IMG/VR virus record: IMGVR_UViG_3300030419_004857
Coordinates: 32,001 to 96,000 of that record
Length of the DNA: 64,000 nt
Origin: a virus
Reading direction: 5' to 3' (one strand)
Positions 48,743-58,242 of this stretch are shown here, one piece after another. Numbering within the stretch: the first letter of the stretch is position 1; every line of letters begins with the position of its first letter. Below the pieces are notes generated by a model that ran no database searches, was not told the origin of the DNA, and saw only the letters and a program-made list of their open reading frames with translations. The position numbers were made by a program, and so were the translations under genes.

Positions 48743-49865
48743 TTAACGCCTCTTTTATCAGGGTTCCTATTGCCTCATGAGAGTGGTTATACGCAGACTT
48801 CAACCCCTGACTCTTCATCTCTTTATACGGTTCTTTGTTTTCATCACGAGACATGTTATATATTCTTCTCATCTCTTTCATAAGCTTCAATATATCTATC
48901 GACACCCATCTTTCATAACCAGTATATAATTCTACAAATGTGTCAATCATTCCACTTACCGGCTCTACCCTGCCATCGACTAAAACGCCGCCACCATTAT
49001 TTAAAAAGTCTGCCATTCCCCCGACGTTTGTACAAATGGGAGTTTTTCCAAATCCCATAGCATCAAAAGCTGGAATACACCACGCCTCTCCGTAACTAGG
49101 CATTACAAAACAATCGCATCCAGAATGAAGACGATACAGATCCTCTTGACTAAGAAAGTCGGTAATTATTAGATCTTCTTTGTAGTCGTCAAGTGATGGA
49201 TATAGCTTTAAATCAGATTTTACCTGATCACAAAGTGATTTAACTTCTCCAGCACATTCATCTGGAGAAAGACCATACTTGTTTGTTTTTATAACCATCG
49301 ATACTGGTTCGGTAGCATGAAACTCTAGATGAAACGCTTTGATCAAAGCCTCTAGATTTTTCCTTTTGTTTAGCTCTCCGATAAAATAAAAAATGAATGA
49401 GTCCTGTGAGTTTGGTAATTCAAACTTCTTATAGCCACGTTCAAATTTAGAAAAGTCTGTGGCGTGTGGGATAATTTTGATTGGTACATTAACCCCGCAA
49501 TTCTGCGAAGAAGAAGCCATCTCGTTATTAATAACCCAAGCCTCGTCCATAAGGTTTATCTTTTCCACCCAAGGCGGTTTTACAAACAAGTCTGTTTCCG
49601 TAGCGTATAAGGCGATATTTTTTTCGAATCTTCCATTGTAATCCATCATATGGGGCAGAACATGCTGGATACATACGTCACAACCTCTACTATCTCTACC
49701 CTCTAGTTCAGTTAAACGTGCAGGAATTTCTGGATTTCTGACATTTAATTTAACCGGTCTTGGAACAACGTTTATTCCAACCGAGTCCATAGCAAGGATA
49801 TAATCCGTAGCGGCATTGCCCCATCCGGTTCCATCTCTATAACATCCTATATATAATACTTTCAT
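48732..49865 (-). CDS. glycosyltransferase family 4
   Basis: IIPH, FIG....RKN, DCFVMPSYGEAWCIPAFDAM..GK..I.T..GG..DF. Confidence 0.9.
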   Translation of the reverse strand: MKVLYIGCYRDGTGWGNAATDYILAMDSVGINVVPRPVKLNVRNPEIPARLTELEGRDSRGCDVCIQHVLPHMMDYNGRFEKNIALYATETDLFVKPPWVEKINLMDEAWVINNEMASSSQNCGVNVPIKIIPHATDFSKFERGYKKFELPNSQDSFIFYFIGELNKRKNLEALIKAFHLEFHATEPVSMVIKTNKYGLSPDECAGEVKSLCDQVKSDLKLYPSLDDYKEDLIITDFLSQEDLYRLHSGCDCFVMPSYGEAWCIPAFDAMGFGKTPICTNVGGMADFLNNGGGVLVDGRVEPVSGMIDTFVELYTGYERWVSIDILKLMKEMRRIYNMSRDENKEPYKEMKSQGLKSAYNHSHEAIGTLIKEALNAN

Positions 49866-51511
49866 CTGCCAACCCTGTTATATCTTTGTGTTTCCCATTT
49901 GTTTCTATGATTACAGAGTTGTGCAGCCATATTGTAAGCCTTCTCTTTGTCAAAAGATTCATATTGAGGCTTAACAAATTGATAAGAATCTTCATTTACA
50001 TAAGTATCTCCGGTTCCTTGTATGAACATCCCGTAATTTAAGTCTCGTATCATTCTAGCTTCCATATAACTGTTTAGTTTCTCTGGGTCGCCTAGAACAT
50101 TGATAATTAACCATTGTACGTATTCTCGGGGGCTTAGGTTTTCGGGAACCTGCGTTAAGGGCTGGTGGATTACAGGTGGGGACAGCCATGTTTCCTCTGA
50201 TGGGGGAACAATCACGCTATCAAAATAATCTTCCCACTTTTTAGCGGTGGCGTCCCATTGGTAATGTTTGTCAAAATTTGATTTGGTTTTATCTGATAAT
50301 TTCTTTCTATCTTGTTCTGATAGATTAAAAAACTCGTTCATTTTAGCGGCGGTATAATCATTGTCTGGCACAGCCCTGTTGCACCCAGTTTCCAATTCTT
50401 GGTACACAGCCTTCACTTTTAGAGGAATCCCCTCCAGTTTACGCACCACGCTGGACATAGCGGAATAATCAATGCTCATAACCGGAATAGCACAAGCCGC
50501 AGCTTCTACTTGGGGTAAACCAAACCCCTCACTGTTTGCGTATTGGATATATAAGTCGAATGTATTTGTTATCTTGGAGAGATCTTGGTAAGATACCCCT
50601 TTTTGCACGTTGGACAATCCTGCGGCATATGAATTACAACGAACGCATTTGGCTCTAGCGTCCGAAAAGAACATCGGAAAAACATGTTCGCAGTGCTGAC
50701 AAACATAAGTAAATATAACTTTGCTACTGAGTCCATACCTATTTATTAACTTTGGTATATCCCATCCCAAGTCTGGGTAACTGGTGTGGCAGTAAAGGTA
50801 AACGTCGGATCTACCAGAAACGTTTAAGAATTTTCTAAATGCCTCAAATAGATCTGGAAATAGTTTCCGTCTCTGGTTTCTCATTATTGTTCCCACAATT
50901 TGCATAGATGGATCAAAACCCATACTTATCTTGTGGTTAATTTTATTTTCCACCGGGGTATATGCGGCGTTGGCGGAAGGAGGGGCAGAACCCAGACATT
51001 TGATTACATTATTGCTTTCTCGTTTAAGTAGGTCTCGGCCCCAATCTGAATAGGCAAAAACTGCATCGGCATTAGAGAAGGTAGATAGCCACTGTTCGTT
51101 TTGTGGTTCAGCGTCTACTGTTGGCATAATTGCCCAATTGAAAAGTCTTCTAAATGGAGACCTTTCTTGGTAATCTATCATCCAAAAATCTCTGATATCA
51201 AAAACGATATCAGGAAGAAAATCTAGAAGGACATTTTCAAACTGCCATTCACCAAACTGATTTGTTGGAACAGAGTTGTATGTATCAACTTCCTGTTTGT
51301 TTGTTAAGTCTGGGAGATTACCATAAAAACCCCAAGGGATTTCTTTAGCTCTTGGGTCCGTATCGTCTCCATAACTAGCAAATTCAGCCAGATCATACTT
51401 TCCAGTATTAAAAAGCCTTCTCATTACTTCTCTACCGTAAGTTGCATATCCAGTATTAAGATATGTAGCTTCGCAACAAAGAAGAATCCTTTTTTTTCTA
51501 TTCATTGGCAT
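49862..51511 (-). CDS. glycosyltransferase family 4 with CxxC-CxxC insert
   Basis: TGYATYG, RNQRRK, EGFGLPQVEAAAC; internal CQHC...CVRC. Confidence 0.9.
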   Translation of the reverse strand: MPMNRKKRILLCCEATYLNTGYATYGREVMRRLFNTGKYDLAEFASYGDDTDPRAKEIPWGFYGNLPDLTNKQEVDTYNSVPTNQFGEWQFENVLLDFLPDIVFDIRDFWMIDYQERSPFRRLFNWAIMPTVDAEPQNEQWLSTFSNADAVFAYSDWGRDLLKRESNNVIKCLGSAPPSANAAYTPVENKINHKISMGFDPSMQIVGTIMRNQRRKLFPDLFEAFRKFLNVSGRSDVYLYCHTSYPDLGWDIPKLINRYGLSSKVIFTYVCQHCEHVFPMFFSDARAKCVRCNSYAAGLSNVQKGVSYQDLSKITNTFDLYIQYANSEGFGLPQVEAAACAIPVMSIDYSAMSSVVRKLEGIPLKVKAVYQELETGCNRAVPDNDYTAAKMNEFFNLSEQDRKKLSDKTKSNFDKHYQWDATAKKWEDYFDSVIVPPSEETWLSPPVIHQPLTQVPENLSPREYVQWLIINVLGDPEKLNSYMEARMIRDLNYGMFIQGTGDTYVNEDSYQFVKPQYESFDKEKAYNMAAQLCNHRNKWETQRYNRVGR

Positions 51512-52010
51512 TTCGCAATGTTTGAATTATGCTTTGTAATTTTAAATCAACAACCCGTTTAGAACAGTGTAATTCTTCTGCGATTTCTTTGTTGGTGTGG
51601 TTTTGAAGTTTCAGTTGGAGAATAAATTTCTCGTTTGCTGTGAGATAGTCTGGGATAAATTCCATGATTTTATCTTTGTCAAAAAACTTTTGATCTCCAG
51701 CCGCAGAATCTAACAGATTGGTATCGTATATAATCTTTGGCTTTTTTCTTTTGGGGTCTTTTCTTTTGTAGTTTAGAAATGCATTTTTTATGCACAAAGT
51801 GGCAAAAGTGGAGAACTTAGATTTTGTTTCATCATATTTTCTTATGGCTTTCAATAGAGCTATTAGTCCAACCTGAATGAAATCTTCAAGGTTAGATTTA
51901 TTGTCGTCACCTAAAAAAGAAAGAGCCTGAGAAACGACTAGTCCATAATGTTCATGAACCAGTTCGTTCTCAAGCCCTTCTCCGTTTTTTATTATCACTT
52001 CATCATTCAT
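51498..52010 (-). CDS. sigma-70 family RNA polymerase sigma factor (compact, regions 2 and 4)
   Basis: GLVVSQA...EDFIQVGLIALLKAIRKYD...KFSTFATLCI; HTNKEIAEEL HTH. Start probably at the second Met (52010), overlapping the ssb stop. Confidence 0.9.
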   Translation of the reverse strand: MNDEVIIKNGEGLENELVHEHYGLVVSQALSFLGDDNKSNLEDFIQVGLIALLKAIRKYDETKSKFSTFATLCIKNAFLNYKRKDPKRKKPKIIYDTNLLDSAAGDQKFFDKDKIMEFIPDYLTANEKFILQLKLQNHTNKEIAEELHCSKRVVDLKLQSIIQTLRNANE

Positions 52011-52407
52011 CTGTTGTGTCTGACACGGCATCTAGAACAGTTTCTTTTGAATCTTCTGTCTTGGTGGTGTCACCATAATTATTATTGAATAACTTAAATT
52101 CCTTAACACGGAATCTAATTTGGAACTTCTTGTTGCCCTCTTTATCTACCCAAGAATTATTGCGCGCAGAAGCAACTAAATCAACAATGTCACCCTTCTT
52201 GCAGTATTTATTTAATGTGGTGGCTCCTGAATCCCATGCTTCAAAATCGAGATAGCTTACTGTCTTCTTTTTGTCACCATTCTTTTCTCGTCTGTATTCA
52301 CTCACTGCGAGAGTGAAAGTAAGAAGATCCGTGTTTTCTAGTTTAATAAGCTTAGGATCACCAGCAAGACGACCAATAAATCTACAGTAGTTAGAAATAG
52401 TATTCAT
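52003..52407 (-). CDS. ssb: single-stranded DNA-binding protein
   Basis: GRLAGDP, FTLAV, FEAWD..A......KKGD, W.DKEG; acidic tail. Confidence 0.92.
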   Translation of the reverse strand: MNTISNYCRFIGRLAGDPKLIKLENTDLLTFTLAVSEYRREKNGDKKKTVSYLDFEAWDSGATTLNKYCKKGDIVDLVASARNNSWVDKEGNKKFQIRFRVKEFKLFNNNYGDTTKTEDSKETVLDAVSDTTDE

Positions 52408-52419
52408 ATCAATCCTTCC

Positions 52420-52468
52420 AATAGAGTCCAGTTTTCTATATTATAGCTGTTTTATACAAAAATCGCAC
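52420..52468 (-). promoter_or_regulatory. possible promoter for the ssb-sigma-glycosylation operon
   Basis: Minus-strand TATAAT (52440-52445) in the only sizeable gap of this arm, followed by a GGAAGG RBS; poor -35. Confidence 0.4.
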
Positions 52469-54039
52469 TAAATTTGAAAAACATCCTCCACGACCATGCC
52501 GTCGTGATCAGATTTTCGTGATGTGGCACACGATAATATCACAGTGTTTTCACCATATAAAATCCCCTTATATTTTTGCAATTGTTCTGGGAAGATAGTA
52601 ACAGAATCTACGCTTCCCGTTTGGTCTTCGACACACAAAAACGCCATATCCTTACCCTTAGACTTACCCTTTTTAATCGTATACTTCCTGATGTCAGTTA
52701 GAGTAACGGCAAGTTTCATTTTTCCCTGTTTGCCGTCTAGAAACTCTTTGCAGGTAGTGTCTGCCATGCTAGTGTCGCATGATTCCACTTTGGAATAAGT
52801 TAGAGGTACTCCCAGATAGCCCTCCTCTGTTCTGGTTATCCATTCTGGATCGTCATCCAGAGGATACGATGGTGACTTTGTATGAAGAATTAGATCTTCA
52901 ACTATTGCGCACCTGTTTACATTGGAAGTCCCGCCACCGTTTTTCTTAGTCGGGGCTAGTGCGGTTAAAGCTTCCAAGAGACTTGAATAATTTGACTGTT
53001 TATCAGAAACCCAAGATCGTTCTAACTTTGTTAATTTTTTCCAAGTGTCAAATTCGTCTAACATTTTGGTTCGACTGTTATTGGTATTTGGAACTATGCC
53101 TAAAGAGATCATAGCAACAACAATCGAAGAATTAGCATTCATGGAGAGGTTGACTAGAAACTCGTACCAAGACCAATCTTCTACCTTTTTGTTTAGCAGC
53201 TTTTCGGCCTTTTCGGATTCTTCTTTTAGCTTTATAATTTGTTTTGAGCCTATAGATTTAATGTTTTTAAACCCAAAATGGATTTTATCACCAATAATAA
53301 CAGTGTCTTCGTTCATAGCTCCTAACGAAGGAGGCTGAATGAAAATGTCATTAACCTTCGCGTCAATTACCAGTTCCTTTACTTCCTGCTGTGGATCTTG
53401 TTTTCCGTCAGAGAAGTGCAAATACTGGGAATAGAACTCAAGTGGAAAATGTGCTTTAGCATAAGCAGACCAGTAAGCACAAATAGCATAAGAAACAGCA
53501 TGGGACTTATTAAAAGCATAACGACTTGATTTTTCAATCCAGCCGAATATCTCCTCCGCTGTTTCTTTAGGAACAATATCTTCATTTTCTGATCCTTCAA
53601 GAAACCTCTTTTTAACTTCAATCATCAAGTCAGCCTTTTTCTTGCCGATTGCCTTCCTTAGATCGTCGGCTTCTTGCAAATTGAACCCTGCAATTCTTTG
53701 GGCAATTTCCATGGACTGTTCTTGGTATACCAAAACCCCCTGCGTTTTTTCCAAAATTGGCTCTAACGCATCGTGCAGATAAGTTACCTGCTCTTTGCCA
53801 TGTTTGCGATCAACATAATGCTGCGTCATTGATTTGCCGTCAACAATTGCTTTGAGACACCCCGGACGTAGCAACGCAACCAAAGCGGCTAACTCTTCAA
53901 GATTTCTCGGTTTAAGCCTTTTTGCCCAAGATTTACCCAGACTACTCTCTAACTGAAAAACCCCCTTGGTTCTGCCCGCACAAATAAGATCCCAAGCCTG
54001 AGCATCTTCATATCCAATGTTGCTTACATCAAATTTCAT
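52468..54039 (-). CDS. dnaE: DNA polymerase III alpha, C-terminal part (fingers, HhH, OB fold)
   Basis: TKGVFQLES, ALLRPG, GVLVYQEQ, ADDLRKAIGKK, YAFNKSHA, IKSIG, KDMAFL.VED.TG. Confidence 0.92.
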   Translation of the reverse strand: MKFDVSNIGYEDAQAWDLICAGRTKGVFQLESSLGKSWAKRLKPRNLEELAALVALLRPGCLKAIVDGKSMTQHYVDRKHGKEQVTYLHDALEPILEKTQGVLVYQEQSMEIAQRIAGFNLQEADDLRKAIGKKKADLMIEVKKRFLEGSENEDIVPKETAEEIFGWIEKSSRYAFNKSHAVSYAICAYWSAYAKAHFPLEFYSQYLHFSDGKQDPQQEVKELVIDAKVNDIFIQPPSLGAMNEDTVIIGDKIHFGFKNIKSIGSKQIIKLKEESEKAEKLLNKKVEDWSWYEFLVNLSMNANSSIVVAMISLGIVPNTNNSRTKMLDEFDTWKKLTKLERSWVSDKQSNYSSLLEALTALAPTKKNGGGTSNVNRCAIVEDLILHTKSPSYPLDDDPEWITRTEEGYLGVPLTYSKVESCDTSMADTTCKEFLDGKQGKMKLAVTLTDIRKYTIKKGKSKGKDMAFLCVEDQTGSVDSVTIFPEQLQKYKGILYGENTVILSCATSRKSDHDGMVVEDVFQI

Positions 54040-54048
54040 AAATTTTTC

Positions 54049-54732
54049 CTACAGATGAATTCTACCGTCTGCAAACGCTTGTTCAAATTTAATCTTTGGG
54101 GACATTTTTCGATAGAGCTTCATAAAAGCTATTAGTAGATTTGCCGTATCTTTTACATCTTGTAGGGCGTCGTGAGCATTATCCTTTGGAACGCCCAACA
54201 AATCTCTCATCGAATCCATGCTGATAGATTTAACATCGGAATTATTTTCGAACCAAAGCCACACAGTTTCCATCAAGTCAATCTTATGAATTCTATTGAA
54301 CAGAACCTGTTCCCCCCTCTTTTTATCAATAGGTCCATATTCAGAACACATTCTTTCAACTATGTGCATATCAAAGCCGTGAATATTATATCCGGCCATT
54401 ACTGGCGCGTAGTAAGGAGTTTTCTTAAAGTTGTATTTATTTACAAAATTAGTAAATTTGTTCCATACGGTTTTAGGTAAGGGGGCTTTTGCTAAAAGCT
54501 TTCTTTCCTTTTTGGTCACCGCCAACGCCTCATCTTCTATAGGGTCTAAACCTGCGGCCACCGCCTTCTCATCATCCAAGATGGGGCGAATTTCGCTATT
54601 AAAGTAGCCACCCGGCTGCACGGTCAATTTTCTTCCGTGAATCGCCACGGCGGCAACTTGTGTGGGTTGAGTTTTGTGAGGGTTTCTGCTCCCGGTTTCA
54701 AAATCGACAACAATAATATCCCGGTAATTCAT
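54049..54732 (-). CDS. DEDDh 3'-5' exonuclease (DnaQ/epsilon-like)
   Basis: VVDFETG, AGYNIHGFD, HDALQD. Confidence 0.9.
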   Translation of the reverse strand: MNYRDIIVVDFETGSRNPHKTQPTQVAAVAIHGRKLTVQPGGYFNSEIRPILDDEKAVAAGLDPIEDEALAVTKKERKLLAKAPLPKTVWNKFTNFVNKYNFKKTPYYAPVMAGYNIHGFDMHIVERMCSEYGPIDKKRGEQVLFNRIHKIDLMETVWLWFENNSDVKSISMDSMRDLLGVPKDNAHDALQDVKDTANLLIAFMKLYRKMSPKIKFEQAFADGRIHL

Positions 54733-54741
54733 GGCGTTCCT

Positions 54742-54957
54742 TTATTTTTTGAGTTTATATTTGATTTCTAGAAATTTACTGATGGCCCTGTCAATATTAT
54801 AATAAAATTTACTAAATTTGTATTTATGATTGTCAGAATGTACCTGATAAACATCCTCTCTTGGAACTATACGTTCTATACAACAAATGCATACATCGTC
54901 TACTTCTTCGTAATGTCCAAGCTCCAACTTGCGCCTTATTTTTTGTCTAACTGTCAT
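54742..54957 (-). CDS. hypothetical protein (71 aa)
   Basis: ATGA overlap with the dnaE-N stop; basic, CICC motif. Confidence 0.55.
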   Translation of the reverse strand: MTVRQKIRRKLELGHYEEVDDVCICCIERIVPREDVYQVHSDNHKYKFSKFYYNIDRAISKFLEIKYKLKK

Positions 54958-56858
54958 TGGTTTGGTTCCAGTACACTTCTAATTCCCATGATTTTGTCCA
55001 ATAGAGAAACTCCTAAAATATCGAATTTAACATGACCCATTGCTTCTAAATCGTTCATTTCCATCCCCGCTATCTTTTCAGACCCCTTTTTATCTCGTAC
55101 CATGGGGCAGACTTTATCTAAACTATTAGATGAGATAACCACCCCAGCCGCATGCTTTCCTTGAGATTTAAATGTACCCTCAATTCTCATGGCCTGTTCA
55201 AACAGCTTTGAATAGTCCCCCTCCAAAGTTCCATCATCGTTTAGTCTACAATAATCTCTTAACGTGTCGGGCTGATTTGCTAAAGCCCATTCGATGACAG
55301 ACTGTCCCCCCATGTCAGCTAGCTGGTCTGAGATTTCATGTTCATGAGGTAGACTTTTAGTGATCACGTTCATCTCATCGTATGAACACGCCTGATTCAT
55401 TCTAAGCACTTCTTTTAGGGCGCTTCGACCCTGCAATCTTCCAAACGTAACCATTTGCCCGACCTTGTCTCTTCCATATTTTTCTCTGATATAGTCGATG
55501 GTTTCATCGCGCTTGGTGGCCGGTACATCTATATCAATATCGGGCAAAGAGATATGGTCTTCTGTGTTTCTTCCGGCGTTATAAAATCTTTCGAAAATTA
55601 AACCGTGTTCTATAGGATCAACCTGTGTAACGCCTATGAGATAAGAAACCAAACATCCTGCGGCAGACCCCCTCCCCGGACCCGGAAGCCAATCGTTTTC
55701 TTTTATATTTGCTACGATATCTCTAACGATTAAAAAATATCCAGATAGATTGGCATCACTGATTACCTCTAACTCTTTAGTGATTCTGTCCACATAAATA
55801 TTTTCATTCGGACCAAGTTTGCTGGTGTTGCTTAACTTTGCCTTCCAGCCCTCTCTGCACAACTGTCTGAGATAGGTTTCTTCTTCCACGTCTTCTGGAC
55901 ACTTGAACTTTGGAAGAGTCGGAGATCCTAAGATGTCATATTCTTCACACATGTCTGCTATTTGCATTGAATTCTTTAGTTCAGATTCTGTATGCAACTT
56001 AGACATTTCTTCATATGTCGGGATATGAAAATTGTTCGACTTTAAAAATCCAGAAAATCCCACATCTTCATTGTTGTCCAACTTTCTCTTAATGTCTCTA
56101 AGAGGAGTTTTCATAGCAGAGCATAACAACAATAGGTGGTCGCTAGCATCTTCTTTGGTGGGATAGTGTGAATCTGCCGTTGCGACAGACGGGATAGAAT
56201 ACTTTTTAGAGACGTATCTTAACCCCTGAGCGACCAACTTTGCTGCCGGGGAAACTTCTTCGTCTATACATTGAATTTCGATAAGAAAATTCTCTTTGCC
56301 AAAAATGTCTTTATACAAATTTGCCTGACTAAGAACTTTTGACTCCCAATCTGGATTAATGTACCTTTTAACTTCTTCTTCTGTTGAGGCTTTGTATGCA
56401 GATTTAGGGTCTTCGAAAATACAATTCGCTAACTCACTACCAAGATGACCGCTAAATGCAATTAAGTCTCCGTTCGCGTGCTCTTTTAAAATATCAAGAT
56501 CTAATCTAGGTTTAAAATAAAACAAATCCTCATCGTTACTTCGAGAAGTAATCTCGATTAGATTTTTCCAGCCATTAATGTTTTTTGCCAATACCACCAG
56601 ATGGCTTAGAGATCTATTTGAAACATCTTTAACTGTTGCTGGCTGATCGCTGATATATAGCTCGCATCCCAATATAGGCTTTATGTTCTTGTCCTTCATT
56701 GCTTTTGTAAAGGCTACTGCTCCAGCTATCGTTCCATGATCTGTAACAGCACAAGAATTATATCCTAGCTCAGAACATCTTGAAGCGACTTGTTCGGGCT
56801 TTGAGAGTCCATCCAACAGGCTGTAGTGAGTATGCAAATGTAGAGGTGTCCAATTCAT
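54954..56858 (-). CDS. dnaE: DNA polymerase III alpha, N-terminal part (PHP, palm, thumb)
   Basis: HLHTHYSLLDG, TDHG, GCE, DSHY, GRGSAAG, FERF, PDIDID, GKHAAGVVI, KFDILG. Confidence 0.95.
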   Translation of the reverse strand: MNWTPLHLHTHYSLLDGLSKPEQVASRCSELGYNSCAVTDHGTIAGAVAFTKAMKDKNIKPILGCELYISDQPATVKDVSNRSLSHLVVLAKNINGWKNLIEITSRSNDEDLFYFKPRLDLDILKEHANGDLIAFSGHLGSELANCIFEDPKSAYKASTEEEVKRYINPDWESKVLSQANLYKDIFGKENFLIEIQCIDEEVSPAAKLVAQGLRYVSKKYSIPSVATADSHYPTKEDASDHLLLLCSAMKTPLRDIKRKLDNNEDVGFSGFLKSNNFHIPTYEEMSKLHTESELKNSMQIADMCEEYDILGSPTLPKFKCPEDVEEETYLRQLCREGWKAKLSNTSKLGPNENIYVDRITKELEVISDANLSGYFLIVRDIVANIKENDWLPGPGRGSAAGCLVSYLIGVTQVDPIEHGLIFERFYNAGRNTEDHISLPDIDIDVPATKRDETIDYIREKYGRDKVGQMVTFGRLQGRSALKEVLRMNQACSYDEMNVITKSLPHEHEISDQLADMGGQSVIEWALANQPDTLRDYCRLNDDGTLEGDYSKLFEQAMRIEGTFKSQGKHAAGVVISSNSLDKVCPMVRDKKGSEKIAGMEMNDLEAMGHVKFDILGVSLLDKIMGIRSVLEPNQ

Positions 56859-56862
56859 TATT

Positions 56863-57567
56863 CTATATTCCGTCTATTCGATTTCTGTGTTTAGCAATCT
56901 CGTATTGCATAAGAATTCCACCGCGCATGCCATCACTATCCTCTACGAAACTATGTGTTGACCTCTGAATTGCTAGACTGGGCACACAGATATAGAAATT
57001 ATATTGTCTAGCCATCTTCGTTCCTAAAATCCAATCTATGGGACCGATTGGATCGTATGTTACGAGCTTCTCAATTATATTACGTTTGAGAATACATGCA
57101 TGAAAACCCGCATGTCTCTGTGATTGCTCGATCTTGAACTTTTCATACATCTCATAATGCGGCGGGTTTCCACCGTGATACGAACCCAGCCACAAACCGT
57201 CCCATTCTTTGTATTCTATTTGTTGAAGATTTTCTACAAAATCATTGGTGAAGTAAGCGTCGTCTTCTAGAAAGAGCGCATTACTCACCCCTTCTTCCAG
57301 AACAATGTTCATCATTTCTTTATGACATTTCCATGCGTTGTACGCATTGGGACGGTTTACCCATGAATTATGACCAGATGTTAACGGTTTCTCGTTATTA
57401 TCCACCTTGTCATAGACGTGTCCATCTAATGATTGCCCATCGCCAGCGATAAACTTGTGCATGGGTCTACCGAATATGCTCTTTACCTGTTCGTCCAATT
57501 CGGACCAGAGCTTCACCCTCTTATCTAAACACAAACAAATAATCTTATCTATATCTGATATGTTCAT
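56863..57567 (-). CDS. glycosyltransferase family 25-like
   Basis: CLCLDKR, H......LFLEDD, WDGLWLG, PIDW, P.LAIQ...S. Start probably at Met 57567 (ATGA overlap). Confidence 0.75.
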   Translation of the reverse strand: MNISDIDKIICLCLDKRVKLWSELDEQVKSIFGRPMHKFIAGDGQSLDGHVYDKVDNNEKPLTSGHNSWVNRPNAYNAWKCHKEMMNIVLEEGVSNALFLEDDAYFTNDFVENLQQIEYKEWDGLWLGSYHGGNPPHYEMYEKFKIEQSQRHAGFHACILKRNIIEKLVTYDPIGPIDWILGTKMARQYNFYICVPSLAIQRSTHSFVEDSDGMRGGILMQYEIAKHRNRIDGI

Positions 57568-58241
57568 CTTATGTAGATCCCATCTCCCCAAGAATGATGC
57601 GCCATGTAAGTGTCTACTCTGTCAAATCCGTATCCCGATAAAAATTCGTCAATCTCGCTCGCTTTAGCTCCTCCTACATAAAGCTCCTCAAAGGCCAACT
57701 CTGTGTAGATAACTTTACAAGAACCTGACTCTAGATATTTTTTCATGCCTTCCAGAGCCTTCATTTCTGCACCCTGCAAATCCATATTCAGGAATTCAAA
57801 GTCTTTTGGATTGAATTCATGCCTCTTGAAGAGGGTGTCCAGTGTAATTGTGTTAACTTTAACCTGAGAAACTTCATCAATATGAGGGTAATATTCTTTG
57901 TGTTTTCCCAAAGAAAGAAGTGATGAACAGCCGCAGTTACCCTGTTCAGGAAAATTATGATAATTTTGACGATCATCAGGATAAATAATTTTAAAATCGA
58001 CCGTGCTATCATCTACATCCGAAATAGCATAATCAAATACATTCTGAAAATTCTCGTCAAAATCATATAAATTTTTACGAATGATAGGTAGCAAGTCTGG
58101 ATTTGCCTCAACCCAAATTACACGATCTATTTCGCAAGCTCTGTACTCATACCTTTCTTCTGCCTTACAGGCTCCTAAATGAATAGCCCCTTTAATGTTT
58201 AGGTTGTAACGACTAATTATGCTTGCTAATGATTCTATCAT
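57564..58241 (-). CDS. FkbM family methyltransferase
   Basis: IHLGA, WVEANP, SSLL, TITLD, FLNMDLQGAE..ALEG, LY.G, WGDGIY. Start probably at Met 58241. Confidence 0.9.
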   Translation of the reverse strand: MIESLASIISRYNLNIKGAIHLGACKAEERYEYRACEIDRVIWVEANPDLLPIIRKNLYDFDENFQNVFDYAISDVDDSTVDFKIIYPDDRQNYHNFPEQGNCGCSSLLSLGKHKEYYPHIDEVSQVKVNTITLDTLFKRHEFNPKDFEFLNMDLQGAEMKALEGMKKYLESGSCKVIYTELAFEELYVGGAKASEIDEFLSGYGFDRVDTYMAHHSWGDGIYIR

Positions 58242-58242
58242 T

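Noticed and set aside
54040-54953. Group I/II intron or split intein explaining the dnaE interruption
   Set aside because: The gap is fully occupied by two tightly packed ORFs, leaving no room for a ribozyme core, and neither half has intein terminal motifs.
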